In this document: positions 1 through 9,353 of the stretch, piece after piece
How the letters are laid out: each line of letters starts with the position of its first letter
How positions within the stretch are numbered: the first letter of the stretch is position 1
Assembly (NCBI GenBank): GCA_036560705.1
Contig: DATBQR010000016.1
Coordinates: 3,133 to 67,132, forward strand
DNA length: 64,000 bases
Direction: 5' to 3'
Source: Burkholderiales bacterium
GTDB lineage: Bacteria; Pseudomonadota; Gammaproteobacteria; Burkholderiales; SG8-39
Notes under the pieces: model-generated
Databases searched by the model: none
The model's input: the letters and a program-made list of their open reading frames with translations, nothing else
Told to the model about the DNA's origin: nothing
Made by a program: the position numbers and the translations under genes

Positions 1-100
1 CTTCGACCGCCTCGTCGGCGGTGAAGCACGGGAAACCGCGCGGCGTAGCGATGCCGAACTTGCGGAACAGTTCTTTGCCCTGGTACTCGTGGATTTTCAT
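1..100 (-). CDS. sucC: succinate--CoA ligase beta subunit, N-terminal fragment (gene runs off the left edge)
   Basis: Reverse complement of 1-100 reads [33 protein letters not shown], the conserved SucC N-terminus. A GGAGAAGG Shine-Dalgarno (complement of 108-115) lies upstream. Confidence 0.8.
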   Translation of the reverse strand, partial: MKIHEYQGKELFRKFGIATPRGFPCFTADEAVE

Positions 101-174
101 GCGGAAGCCTTCTCCCCTGCGTTTTCGCTCTATCGCGGGATGTTAGCACTCGCCCCCTTGCTAGAATCATTGAC

Positions 175-1686
175 ATGCGTCATGTCCTCGCCCTCGACCA
201 GGGAACCACCAGTTCGCGCGCGATCATATTCGACGAAACCGGCAGGCCGGTGGCTTCCGCCCAGCAGGAATTCAAGCAGCACTACCCGCAGCCCGGCTGG
301 GTGGAGCACGATCCGGACGAAATCTGGCGCTCGCAGCGCGACGTCGCGCGCGCGGCGCTGAGGGATTCCGGCCTCAAGGCCGAAGATCTGGTCGCCTGCG
401 GCATCGCCAACCAGCGCGAAACCGCCGTCGTCTGGGACCGGCAGACCGGCAAGCCGATCTACCCGGCGATCGTGTGGCAGGACCGCCGCACCGCCGCGCG
501 CTGCGCGGAGCTGAAAGAGGTCGGCGCCGAGAGCCTGGTGCGCGAGCGCACCGGCCTGGTGCTCGATCCCTATTTCTCCGGCACCAAGGTGGCGTGGATC
601 CTGGACAATGTCCCCGGTGCGCGGCGCCGCGCCGAGCTGGGCGAACTCGCCTTCGGCACAGTGGACAGCTGGCTGATCTGGAACCTGTCGTACAGCAAGA
701 CGCACGTCACCGATTCCACCAACGCTTCGCGCACCATGCTCTTCAACATCCACATGGGCGACTGGGACCCGGAGCTGCTGCAGCTGATCGGCGTGCCGCG
801 CGCGATGCTGCCCGACGTCTATCCCTCGTCGCATGCCTTCGGCATGATCGCGCCCACGGTGCTGGGCGTGCCGATACCGATCACCGGCGTCGCGGGCGAC
901 CAGCAGGCGGCGCTGTTCGGCCAGGGATGCCACAAGGCCGGCATGGCGAAGAACACCTACGGCACCGGCTGCTTCATGCTCATGAACACCGGCGGCCGGG
1001 TGGTGAAGTCCGCCAACGGGCTGCTCAGCACGGCGGCGGCGCAGGTCGGCCGCGCAGTCGACGCGCGCGACGCCGACAAGGAATACGCGCTGGAGGGCAG
1101 CGTCTTCATCGGCGGCGCGGTGGTGCAGTGGCTGCGCGACGAGCTGAAGTTCTTCGGATCCGCCGCCGACGTCGAAAAAATGGCCTCCGAAGTGCTCGAC
1201 AACGGCGGCGTCTACATCGTGCCCGCCTTCGCCGGCCTGGGCGCGCCGCACTGGGACCCGCACGCGCGCGGCGCGATCATCGGCCTGACGCGCGGCTCGT
1301 CCCGCGCGCACCTTGCCCGCGCGGCGCTTGAATCCATCGCCTACCAGAGCGCCGACCTGCTCGAAGCGATGCAGAAGGACGCGGGCGAGAAGCTGACCGA
1401 GCTGCGCGTGGACGGCGGCGCGGCGGCGAACGACCTGCTGATGCAGTTCCAGGCCGACATCCTCGGCGTGCCGGTGGTGCGGCCGAAGGTGCTCGAAACC
1501 ACCGCGCTGGGCGCCGCCTACCTGGCGGGCCTCGCGACCGACGTCTGGAAATCCCGCGAGGAGATCGCGGCGCAGTGGCAGATGGATCGCCGCTTCACCC
1601 CGGGCATGCCGCGCGACGAAGCGGCGGCGCTGCTGGCGCGCTGGCGCGAGGCGGTGAAACGCTCCCTGGCCTGGTCCCCGGATTAG
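175..1686 (+). CDS. glpK: glycerol kinase
   Basis: 503-aa ORF. N-terminus [20 protein letters not shown] and FGGY-kinase similarity run along the full length. Confidence 0.97.
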   Translation: MRHVLALDQGTTSSRAIIFDETGRPVASAQQEFKQHYPQPGWVEHDPDEIWRSQRDVARAALRDSGLKAEDLVACGIANQRETAVVWDRQTGKPIYPAIVWQDRRTAARCAELKEVGAESLVRERTGLVLDPYFSGTKVAWILDNVPGARRRAELGELAFGTVDSWLIWNLSYSKTHVTDSTNASRTMLFNIHMGDWDPELLQLIGVPRAMLPDVYPSSHAFGMIAPTVLGVPIPITGVAGDQQAALFGQGCHKAGMAKNTYGTGCFMLMNTGGRVVKSANGLLSTAAAQVGRAVDARDADKEYALEGSVFIGGAVVQWLRDELKFFGSAADVEKMASEVLDNGGVYIVPAFAGLGAPHWDPHARGAIIGLTRGSSRAHLARAALESIAYQSADLLEAMQKDAGEKLTELRVDGGAAANDLLMQFQADILGVPVVRPKVLETTALGAAYLAGLATDVWKSREEIAAQWQMDRRFTPGMPRDEAAALLARWREAVKRSLAWSPD

Positions 1687-1692
1687 GGACAG

Positions 1693-2442
1693 TCAGGGAC
1701 GGACGGCGGGGGTTTCCAGCTTCATCCCGCGGGCGCGCCACATCAGGTACAGCTCGAGCTCGACGAATTCGGGCGAACCGTATTCATAAGGCTCCGCACG
1801 CACGCCGATCATGCAGTTGCGCAGCCGGCGCTGCAGCGAGCCCACGCCCTGCCATTCGAGCCGGTAGATCGGGTAGCCGGTCGGATGCGCCTGCGGGATC
1901 GGGTTGCCGGCGAGCCTGGCGCCCCAGCGCTCGTCGTGGCACTGGGCGCAGGCAATATTGAGCTGCCCCTCGCGGCGGTTGAATGCGGCGCGGCCGGATT
2001 CGAGGTACGGCTTCAATTGCTCCGTGACCTCGATGTCGATCGGCATGCCGCGCGACTGGCGGCCGACCCAGGCGGAGAGCGCGAGCAGGTCGCGGCTCTC
2101 GAGTTGCAGGGCCGGCGCTTTCTGCCGCTCGACGCGGCAGGCGTTGATGCGCTGGTCCAGATTGAGCAGTTTCCCGGCATGCAGCGCGGGATAGCGGGCC
2201 GCCACCCCCTTCATGCTGGAGTGGCAATCGGCGCAGGCCTTGCCCGCGGCGCCGGCCTTCTGGTTCCAGAGCGCCTCGCCGTCGAGCACCCAGAGCGTCG
2301 CCGGGTTGGTGGCGTCGTCGTCCTGCATGGCGCGCGTGTCGCGGCCCATGAATTCGTAGCCGGAACGGCGATCGGCAAGGGGAATCTCCGCGCCGGCTGC
2401 CGAACTGCAGATCAGGACCAGAATCAAAAAACGCGCGGTCAC
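1693..2442 (-). CDS. soxA: SoxA-type dihaem cytochrome c (L-cysteine S-thiosulfotransferase subunit)
   Basis: ORF 1693-2496 trimmed to the GTG at 2442 (GTGA overlap with the soxZ stop), giving signal peptide VTARFLILVLICSSAAGA. Two CxxCH sites (CADCH, CAQCH) and SoxA-like GSLQRRLRNCMIGVRAEP...ELYLMWRARG. Confidence 0.9.
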   Translation of the reverse strand: MTARFLILVLICSSAAGAEIPLADRRSGYEFMGRDTRAMQDDDATNPATLWVLDGEALWNQKAGAAGKACADCHSSMKGVAARYPALHAGKLLNLDQRINACRVERQKAPALQLESRDLLALSAWVGRQSRGMPIDIEVTEQLKPYLESGRAAFNRREGQLNIACAQCHDERWGARLAGNPIPQAHPTGYPIYRLEWQGVGSLQRRLRNCMIGVRAEPYEYGSPEFVELELYLMWRARGMKLETPAVRP

Positions 2443-2759
2443 TCGACCGTGATCTCCGCCGACTCGCTCGCCGAGAACAGATTGTCGCCGGTCCACTTGA
2501 ATTCCAGCTTCCCGCTCTCGGTCGCGATGGTGGTGAATTCGATCAGCGGGTTGGCGGCGACCGCGGGATGGAAATCGGCGCGGAGGATTTCCTCGCCGTT
2601 ATAGGTGCAGACGAAGAGGCGAATGATGTCGCGCGGGATCAGGGTGCCGATCTCGGTGCGGCGGAACCCTGTTTCCATGATGTGGCCGACCAGCGCCTTG
2701 ATCTCGATGATCTGGCCCCGTTTCGCCGTCGCGGGAACGCGGACGATCGCACGCGCCAT
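2439..2759 (-). CDS. soxZ: SoxZ sulfur-carrier partner protein
   Basis: 106-aa ORF (…KRGQIIEIKALVGHIMETGFRR…CTYNGEEI…) of SoxZ size and sequence type. It starts 25 nt after the soxY-like gene. Confidence 0.9.
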   Translation of the reverse strand: MARAIVRVPATAKRGQIIEIKALVGHIMETGFRRTEIGTLIPRDIIRLFVCTYNGEEILRADFHPAVAANPLIEFTTIATESGKLEFKWTGDNLFSASESAEITVE

Positions 2760-2784
2760 GTTCAGCGCTCCTCTCCGGCCACGG

Positions 2785-3222
2785 CTACTTCACCTCTTCC
2801 GTGCAGGCCGCGAGCGTCACGACCACCGCCACGCTGTCGGACCAGAAACTGCCGTCGCTGAGCTGCGCGACCGCCAGCAGCGTCTGCGAATCGGCGACGC
2901 GCACGCGGGTCGTGAAGCGCGCCCGCCCCGAGCGCGGGCCCAGGTAGACGCTCACCATGTTGGGCAGCGGGTTCGCCGGCGAAAAGAGGTGGATCGCCTT
3001 CACGTGCTCCGCCGCGGTCATCGGGCTGTCGACGGACACGGAGAGCACGACCGAATTGCCGTTCTCGATCAGCGGCGCAACATCCAGCTTGACCTTCCCC
3101 TTCGTCACCGGCCTGCCGCCAGTCACCTTGCCGACGGCCTCCTGCATGCTGTCCGGCGTGGCGTGCGCGGTCCCGGCCGCGAGGCCGCAGGCAAGCACGA
3201 GAAAATCCCGGCGCGTCGTCAT
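2785..3222 (-). CDS. soxY: SoxY-related carrier protein with non-canonical C-terminal arm (…VVVTLAACTEEVK)
   Basis: 145 aa with a twin-arginine signal (MTTRRDFLVLACGLAAG) and SoxY-like length and body. The C-terminus is AACTEEVK rather than GGCGG. Read directly from codons GCG GCC TGC ACG GAA GAG GTG AAG TAG. Confidence 0.85.
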   Translation of the reverse strand: MTTRRDFLVLACGLAAGTAHATPDSMQEAVGKVTGGRPVTKGKVKLDVAPLIENGNSVVLSVSVDSPMTAAEHVKAIHLFSPANPLPNMVSVYLGPRSGRARFTTRVRVADSQTLLAVAQLSDGSFWSDSVAVVVTLAACTEEVK

Positions 3223-3232
3223 TCCAGGCCCG

Positions 3233-3643
3233 TCATTTCAATGAACTCAGAAAAGCCACCACGTCCTCGATCTGTTGCGCGTTGAGCACCGTCTTGCCCC
3301 GGTATGCGGGGGCGACCCGCGTCAGGCCTTCGTCCCGGAAATACGCCGGCATGACGGTCGCCGGATTGAAGCGCCCCGGGTCGACGATCCTCAGCCGGAT
3401 CTCGCCTTCGGACAGGCGCGCGCCGATTCCGTTCAGGTCCGGCCCGATGCTGCCCTGGAACCGTTCCTCGGGAAACGGCCCGCTGTGGCACAACAGGCAC
3501 AACCCCAGCTGCCGGCTCACCACGATCGCCCGGCCGCGCGCCGGATCGCCCCTGGCGCCGGCCGGCCGGCCGGGCAGGTCGTCGTTCGAGAAAACGCTTC
3601 CTGACAGGGCGAGCAGCAGTGCGAAGGCGCAAGCCCCCTTCAC
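3233..3643 (-). CDS. soxX: SoxX-type monohaem cytochrome c
   Basis: GTG start 4 nt after the upstream stop. Signal peptide, single CLLCH haem site, and C-terminal …GKTVLNAQQIEDVVAFLSSLK as in SoxX. Confidence 0.88.
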   Translation of the reverse strand: MKGACAFALLLALSGSVFSNDDLPGRPAGARGDPARGRAIVVSRQLGLCLLCHSGPFPEERFQGSIGPDLNGIGARLSEGEIRLRIVDPGRFNPATVMPAYFRDEGLTRVAPAYRGKTVLNAQQIEDVVAFLSSLK

Positions 3644-3647
3644 ACCC

Positions 3648-5825
3648 TCACACCATCTCGATGCCGTGATTCTTCAGCGGGAAGGAACGAATGCGCTTGC
3701 CGGTGGCCGCGGCATACGCGTTCAGCACCGCCGGCGCCGCCACGCAGATGGTCGGCTCGCCCACGCCGCCCCAGAACCCGCCCGAGGGCATCACGATGGA
3801 CTGGACCTTCGGCATCTGCGCGATGCGCATCGAGTTGTAGTCGTGGAAGTTCGACTGCTCGATGGCGCCGTCCTTGACCGTGCACGCCTGCATGAATACC
3901 CCCGACAGGCCGTAGACGAACGAGCCGGCGATCTGGCGCTCGATCTGCGCTGGATTCACCGCGTAGCCGGTGTCGGTCGCGGCGACGATTTTATGCACCT
4001 TGACCTTGTTGCCGTCCTTGACGGAAACCTCCGCCAGCGCCGCCACATAGCTGCCGAAGGCCCTGAAGTGCGCGAGGCCGCGGTAGCGCCCGGCCGGCGC
4101 CTTCCTGCCCCAGCCGCCTTTTTCCGCCACCGCGTTCAGCACCGCCAGCGATTTCGGATGATCCGCCATCAGCCTGCGGCGGAATTCCAGCGCGTCCTGG
4201 CCGGCCGCCTGCGCGAGTTCGTCCATGAAGCACTCGAGGAAGATGGCGTTCTGGTTGATGTTCACGCCGCGCCAGAAGCCCGGCGGCACGTGCGTGTTGC
4301 GCATCGCGTGGTCGATCGTCAGGTTCGGCACGCTGTATTCGAGGGAGTGTTCTCCCGTGGGCCAGTAGCCCTGGAAGGTGAAGATATCCTTGCCCTTGTC
4401 CAGCGCCTCGGGGCGCGCGGAAGCGAGGATCGACTGGCCCGACAGGCGGATTTCCAGTCCCACCAGGTTGCCGCTCGCGTCCAGGCCTCCGGTCAGCCTC
4501 GCCTTCATCACCGGGTGGTACCGCCCCTGCGCCATGTCTTCCTCGCGCGACCAGAGCAGCTTCACCGGGGTGCCCGGCATCTCCTTGGCGATCAGCACGG
4601 CCTGGCTCACGTAGTCCGTCATGCCGCGCCGGCCGAAGCCGCCGCCCAGGTGCACCTTCAGCACGTCGCATTTCGCCACCGGCAGGCCGGCGGCTTCGGC
4701 GGCGGCGGCCAGCGCCGCTTCGCCGTTCTGCGTCGGGCACCATACCGTACAGCGGTCGGCCGTGTAGAGCGCTGTCGCGTTCATCGGTTCCATGCAGGCG
4801 TGGTTCTGGTACGGATAGTCGTAGACGGCCTCGATCTTCTTCGCCGCGCCGGCAAGGGCTGCCTTGGAATCGCCTTTCTTGTTGTGGACGAACGACTGGT
4901 CGGCATCCAGGCCCGCGTTCAGCATCGTGTCGATGTCGGCGCTGGAAATGTTCGCCGACGGGCCGCTGTCCCACTCGATCTTGACGGCATCGAGCGCGGT
5001 CTTGGCGTGCCACCACGTGTCGGCGACGACCGCCACTGCGTTGTCGCGCACGCGTACGATTTTTTTCACGCCAGGCATGCTTTCAGCCTTGGCCGAATCG
5101 ACGCTCTTCACTTTGCCGCCGAATACCGGGGAAGCCTTGATCGCCGCGTTCAGCATGCCGGGCAGCTTCAGGTCGGCGCCGTAGACCTGCTTGCCGGTGA
5201 GTTTGTCCGCCGTGTCCAGCCGCTTGAGCGGCTTGCCGATGATCTTCCAGTCCTTCGGGTCTTTCAGCGGCACGTCCTTCGGCACTTCGAGCCTCGCCGC
5301 CGCCTCGGCCACCTTGCCGTAGGTCGTTTTGCGGCCCGAGGCCTTGTGCGTGATCACGCCGAGCGAAACCGCGCATTCGGAGGCGGGCACTTTCCATTCT
5401 TCGGCCGCCGCCTGGATCAGCATGATGCGCGCCGCCGCGCCGCCCTTGCGCACGTAGTCTTGCGAGGTGCGGATGCCGCGGCTGCCGCCGGTGCCGTAGT
5501 CGCCCCAGATGCGCTTGCGGGCCACGTTGGTCCCGGGCGTCGGATATTCCCAGGTGACCTTGTTCCAGTTGCACTCGAGTTCCTCGGCCACCATCTGGGC
5601 AAGGCCGGTAAGCGAGCCCTGGCCCATCTCGGAGCGCGCGATACGCACCACGACGGTGTCGTCCGGGCGGATCACCACCCAGGCGCCGATTTCCGGCGAA
5701 CCGTCCGCCGCGCGAACCACTGCGGTGCCGCTGAAAGGGTTGATGCCGATGGCCAGCCCGCCGCCGACGGCGGCGCTGGTGATGATGAAGGAGCGGCGCG
5801 AAATTTTGGGAGCGTTGATGTTCAT
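3648..5825 (-). CDS. xanthine dehydrogenase/aldehyde oxidase family molybdopterin-binding subunit (IorB-like), TAT-exported
   Basis: 725 aa with a twin-arginine signal (KISRRSFIITSAAVGGG). Similarity to IorB-type Mo-binding large subunits throughout. Confidence 0.9.
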   Translation of the reverse strand: MNINAPKISRRSFIITSAAVGGGLAIGINPFSGTAVVRAADGSPEIGAWVVIRPDDTVVVRIARSEMGQGSLTGLAQMVAEELECNWNKVTWEYPTPGTNVARKRIWGDYGTGGSRGIRTSQDYVRKGGAAARIMLIQAAAEEWKVPASECAVSLGVITHKASGRKTTYGKVAEAAARLEVPKDVPLKDPKDWKIIGKPLKRLDTADKLTGKQVYGADLKLPGMLNAAIKASPVFGGKVKSVDSAKAESMPGVKKIVRVRDNAVAVVADTWWHAKTALDAVKIEWDSGPSANISSADIDTMLNAGLDADQSFVHNKKGDSKAALAGAAKKIEAVYDYPYQNHACMEPMNATALYTADRCTVWCPTQNGEAALAAAAEAAGLPVAKCDVLKVHLGGGFGRRGMTDYVSQAVLIAKEMPGTPVKLLWSREEDMAQGRYHPVMKARLTGGLDASGNLVGLEIRLSGQSILASARPEALDKGKDIFTFQGYWPTGEHSLEYSVPNLTIDHAMRNTHVPPGFWRGVNINQNAIFLECFMDELAQAAGQDALEFRRRLMADHPKSLAVLNAVAEKGGWGRKAPAGRYRGLAHFRAFGSYVAALAEVSVKDGNKVKVHKIVAATDTGYAVNPAQIERQIAGSFVYGLSGVFMQACTVKDGAIEQSNFHDYNSMRIAQMPKVQSIVMPSGGFWGGVGEPTICVAAPAVLNAYAAATGKRIRSFPLKNHGIEMV

Positions 5826-5835
5826 GATTTTCTCC

Positions 5836-6285
5836 CTATGCCTTGGCGGCCGTGTGGATGGCTTCGCGCACCTGCTGGAAGGTGCCGCAGCGGCAGATGT
5901 TGGTCATCGCCGCGTCGATCTGCGCGTCGGTCGGATGCGGCGTTTTCGCAAGCAACGCCGTCGCCGCCATGATCATGCCGGACTGGCAGTAGCCGCACTG
6001 CGGCACATCGTGCGCGAGCCAGGCTTGCTGCACCTTGGTGAGCTTGCCGTTCGCCGCGAGGCCTTCGATGGTAGTGATCTTCTTGCCCACCGCAGCGCTG
6101 GCGGGAATCCCGCAGGAGCGCATCGGCACGCCGTCCATGTGAACCGTGCAGGCGCCGCACTGGGCGATGCCGCAGCCGTACTTGGTGCCCGTCAATCCGA
6201 CCTGTTCCCGGATCGCCCAGAGCAGCGGGGTTTCCGGCTCGACGTCGATGTTGTGGACCTTGCCATTGATGTTCAGGCGGATCAT
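5836..6285 (-). CDS. (2Fe-2S)-binding small subunit (IorA/CoxS-like)
   Basis: 149 aa. Two [2Fe-2S] cysteine clusters ([11 protein letters not shown] and CGYCQSG…CRCG). GAGGAGG Shine-Dalgarno upstream. Confidence 0.92.
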   Translation of the reverse strand: MIRLNINGKVHNIDVEPETPLLWAIREQVGLTGTKYGCGIAQCGACTVHMDGVPMRSCGIPASAAVGKKITTIEGLAANGKLTKVQQAWLAHDVPQCGYCQSGMIMAATALLAKTPHPTDAQIDAAMTNICRCGTFQQVREAIHTAAKA

Positions 6286-6316
6286 TGCGGGTGCCTCCTC
6301 TGATAGTCTTCAGATT

Positions 6317-7030
6317 CTAGCTTTTCCATACGCGGCGGGCGAATTCCGGGTAGTTCTCCGCGATTTGCTCCGCCACCGGGCCGCGCAGCAGGGAAAGTTC
6401 CTCGTTCCCCGGTGCCGGAGTGGTCTTCACCGGCAATGCTCGATCGAATTCAAAACCCGTCAAATCGAGTATCTCCTCCAGCTTGACGCCCGGGTGGATG
6501 CTCTCCAGGCGAAAACGGCGCCGGTCCTTCTGCCACAGGAACAGCGCCTTGCCGGTGAGCAAGGCCTGCGGCCCGCCGCGGCGCTCGACTTCCGGCGGGC
6601 TCCAGCCGGGCGCGGAAATGAAGTCCACCTTCGGCACCAGCACGCGCCTCGAATGCTCTTCGCGGAACAGGATGGTGCGGCCGGCGGCGAAATACATGAA
6701 CGCCGAGCCGAAGGAACCCGGAAAGCGCTTGCCCTCGGCCTGCACCAGATTGATGTTCGCCTCGCCGTCGATCTGCGCGCCGCCGAGGAAGAACAGGTCG
6801 ATGCGGCCCTGCCCCGCGAGGTCGAACAGCTCCCGCGAACCCTCCGTGAACGGGTTGCCGCTGCGCTTCTGCAGCAGGGAAATGCGCAGCTTTGCGTTAT
6901 GGGCGGCCTTGCGGAAAAAAGCGCCGGTAGCGGGGATCGGCGAGGCCGCCCCGACCGCCACGTGGCCCGCGTCGCCGATCAGGCGCGCGATGCAGCAGGC
7001 GAGGAGTTCTTCTTTGGCGTACGGTTCCAT
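6317..7030 (-). CDS. CoA-transferase subunit B (glutaconate/3-oxoacid CoA-transferase family)
   Basis: 237-aa [36 protein letters not shown]… typical of beta subunits. It overlaps the subunit A ORF by 52 nt. Confidence 0.85.
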   Translation of the reverse strand: MEPYAKEELLACCIARLIGDAGHVAVGAASPIPATGAFFRKAAHNAKLRISLLQKRSGNPFTEGSRELFDLAGQGRIDLFFLGGAQIDGEANINLVQAEGKRFPGSFGSAFMYFAAGRTILFREEHSRRVLVPKVDFISAPGWSPPEVERRGGPQALLTGKALFLWQKDRRRFRLESIHPGVKLEEILDLTGFEFDRALPVKTTPAPGNEELSLLRGPVAEQIAENYPEFARRVWKS

Positions 7031-7848
7031 ACGTATTCGTCCAGGTAGCGCTGGAACCCTTCCTTCGTCTTCGCCGCCTTCGCGTAGAGGCCGAGGTGCG
7101 CGTCATCGATCCCGTAGAGCCCGGCGACCGACAGCGGCCACGCGCCGCGCTCCGCCTTCGCCACGCCGCTGACGTACACCGAGGACAGCACGCCCGGCGC
7201 GAGCAGCTCGTCTTCCAGCATGTCGCCCGGCCGCCTTTCCTCGCAGGTGACGAAACACCGGCGGGAGGCGTGCGCGATGGTCGCCAGTTCCTTGCGCCGG
7301 CCGATCCAGACGTTGCCCGCCTCGTCCGCCCAGCGCACGTGGAACAGCGCGACATCGGGCTGGATCGCCGAAACCAGAAGGATCGGATCCTTTTCCTTCA
7401 ACGGATTTTCAATGATTTTCCAGTCCGGTCTGAGCGCAACGAGATCAGACCCGATCACGCCCCGCATGGGCATGAACGGCACGCCCTTCTCCGTCGCCTG
7501 CAGCCCGCCGTGGATCGCCGGACAGGTGGCGTCCCTGACGCGGATTTCGCCGCGCTCGGCCGCCTCGGTGAAGCGCGGCGCGAGGCCCGCTTCGCCCAGC
7601 GATACCGCGCTCGATTCAACCTCGGCGACGCAGCCCGCGCCGATCAGCAGGTCGGCGCTCAAGCCCAGCACCGGCACACCGAGAAGTTTCAGGTTTTTCG
7701 CCTTGCGGCGGATCAGCGCATGAACCACCGCCATCGCCGGCGTCGAGTAATCCGGCGGCAAGCCGAGAAAAGCGCCGTCCGGAATTTGCTCCGCTATTTC
7801 TTCGGCGTCCTTGAAAAAGCGGACTTCATTCGAGGGCAAACCGCTCAA
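6979..7848 (-). CDS. CoA-transferase subunit A
   Basis: 289-aa ORF with TTG start in a TTGA overlap with the tldD stop. Alpha-subunit-like sequence (…[18 protein letters not shown]…[17 protein letters not shown]…). Confidence 0.85.
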   Translation of the reverse strand: MSGLPSNEVRFFKDAEEIAEQIPDGAFLGLPPDYSTPAMAVVHALIRRKAKNLKLLGVPVLGLSADLLIGAGCVAEVESSAVSLGEAGLAPRFTEAAERGEIRVRDATCPAIHGGLQATEKGVPFMPMRGVIGSDLVALRPDWKIIENPLKEKDPILLVSAIQPDVALFHVRWADEAGNVWIGRRKELATIAHASRRCFVTCEERRPGDMLEDELLAPGVLSSVYVSGVAKAERGAWPLSVAGLYGIDDAHLGLYAKAAKTKEGFQRYLDEYVWNRTPKKNSSPAASRA

Positions 7849-9287
7849 GCGGTACCACCCACGGTCAAACCATCGATCTTCAATGTAGGCTGGCCGACGC
7901 CCACCGGCACGCTCTGGCCTTCCTTGCCGCAGGTGCCCTGGCCGCCGTCCATGCGCATGTCGTTGCCGATCATGCTGACGCGCGTGAGCGCGTCGGGACC
8001 GTTGCCGATCAAGGTCGCGCCCTTGACCGGGTGCGTGATCTTGCCGTTCTCGATCATGTAGGCTTCAGAGGCCGAGAACACGAACTTGCCGTTGGTGATG
8101 TCCACCTGGCCGCCGGCGAAATTGGCCGCGTACAGGCCCTTCTTCACGCTCCTGATGATTTCCTGCGGATCGCGCGCGCCGGCAAGCATGTAGGTGTTGG
8201 TCATGCGCGGCATCGTCATGTGCGCGAACGATTCGCGGCGCGCGTTCCCAGTCACCGGCATGTTCATCAGCCGCGCGTTCAGGCTGTCTTGCATGTAGCC
8301 GCGCAGGATGCCGTCTTCGATCAGCACGGTGCGCCGAGTCGGATTGCCCTCGTCGTCGACGGTGAGCGAACCGCGCCGGTCCGGCAGCGTGCCGTCGTCC
8401 ACTACCGTGACGCCGCGCGAAGCCACGCGCTCGCCCAGCCGGCCGGAGAACGCGGAACTGCCCTTGCGGTTGAAATCGCCCTCGAGGCCGTGGCCGATCG
8501 CCTCGTGCAGCAGGATGCCCGGCCAGCCGGGTCCCAGCACCACGGTCATGGTGCCCGCGGGCGCGGGCTTCGAATCCAGGTTGACGAGCGCCTGCGCCAC
8601 CGCCTGCCGCGCGTATCCATCGAGCGCCGCGTCGGTGAAATGCGAGTAGTCGGTGCGCCCGCCGCCGCCGGCGAAACCCATTTCGCGCCGGCCGTTCGCC
8701 TCCGCGATCACCTGGACGGAGATGCGCACCAGCGGGCGCACGTCCGCCGCCAGCACGCCGTCCGAACGCGAGATCAGCACCACTTCGTATTCGCCGCCCA
8801 GGCTCGCCATGACCTGCGTGACGCGCGGATCGACGGCGCGGCACATCTGCTCTAACTTCTCCAGCATCCTGATCTTCTGATTCGAATCAAGCGACGCCAG
8901 TGGATCGAGCGGCTCGTAGCGCCGCGGCGCCCGGTTCTTCGCGGCGACTTTCGTCTTCGCGGAAGCGCCGGCATTGCCGATGGCCCGCGTTGCGCGCGCC
9001 GCGTCCTGCAGCGCCGAATAGCTGATTTCGTCCGAATAGGCGAAGGCGGTCTTCTCCCCGGAGATCGCGCGCACGCCCACGCCCTGCTCGATCGAGAAAC
9101 TGCCCGACTTGACGATGCCTTCCTCCAGGCTCCAGCCCTCCGAGCGCGTGTACTGGAAGTAAAGGTCGGCATAGTCGAGCCGGCGCGCGGCAAGCGAGCC
9201 GAACACCGAGTCCAGCTTGCGGCCCTCGAGGTCGAACGGGGCCAGCAGGCAGGCATCCGCGGTGGCAAGAAGAACGTCGGCGTCCAT
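7845..9287 (-). CDS. tldD: metalloprotease TldD
   Basis: 480 aa with the [11 protein letters not shown] zinc motif and TldD/PmbA-family similarity over the full length. Confidence 0.95.
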   Translation of the reverse strand: MDADVLLATADACLLAPFDLEGRKLDSVFGSLAARRLDYADLYFQYTRSEGWSLEEGIVKSGSFSIEQGVGVRAISGEKTAFAYSDEISYSALQDAARATRAIGNAGASAKTKVAAKNRAPRRYEPLDPLASLDSNQKIRMLEKLEQMCRAVDPRVTQVMASLGGEYEVVLISRSDGVLAADVRPLVRISVQVIAEANGRREMGFAGGGGRTDYSHFTDAALDGYARQAVAQALVNLDSKPAPAGTMTVVLGPGWPGILLHEAIGHGLEGDFNRKGSSAFSGRLGERVASRGVTVVDDGTLPDRRGSLTVDDEGNPTRRTVLIEDGILRGYMQDSLNARLMNMPVTGNARRESFAHMTMPRMTNTYMLAGARDPQEIIRSVKKGLYAANFAGGQVDITNGKFVFSASEAYMIENGKITHPVKGATLIGNGPDALTRVSMIGNDMRMDGGQGTCGKEGQSVPVGVGQPTLKIDGLTVGGTA

Positions 9288-9353
9288 CGGTTCGATTACC
9301 TCACTGGGCCCGGTGCTGCAGCGCGAGCATGGATTGTCTCATTTCGGCCCGCG

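Noticed and set aside
155-177. TAGAAT hexamer (162-167) 7 nt before the glpK ATG, and no Shine-Dalgarno, suggesting a leaderless glpK mRNA
   Set aside because: I could find no convincing -35 element at 17±1 nt spacing, so the call would rest on one hexamer. I left it as a note only.
2785-2830. Possibility that the odd SoxY C-terminus is a frameshift artefact hiding GGCGG
   Set aside because: I translated the last 15 codons and the neighbouring frames. No frame yields a Cys flanked by glycines, and the stop TAG follows AACTEEVK cleanly. The variant arm therefore appears genuine in this sequence, although read-level errors cannot be excluded.
3282-5972. 896-aa plus-strand ORF
   Set aside because: It is antisense to the Mo-subunit gene, which has clear family similarity. 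Its translation is Arg/Ala/Gly/His-rich with no recognisable domain, the typical shadow ORF of high-GC DNA.
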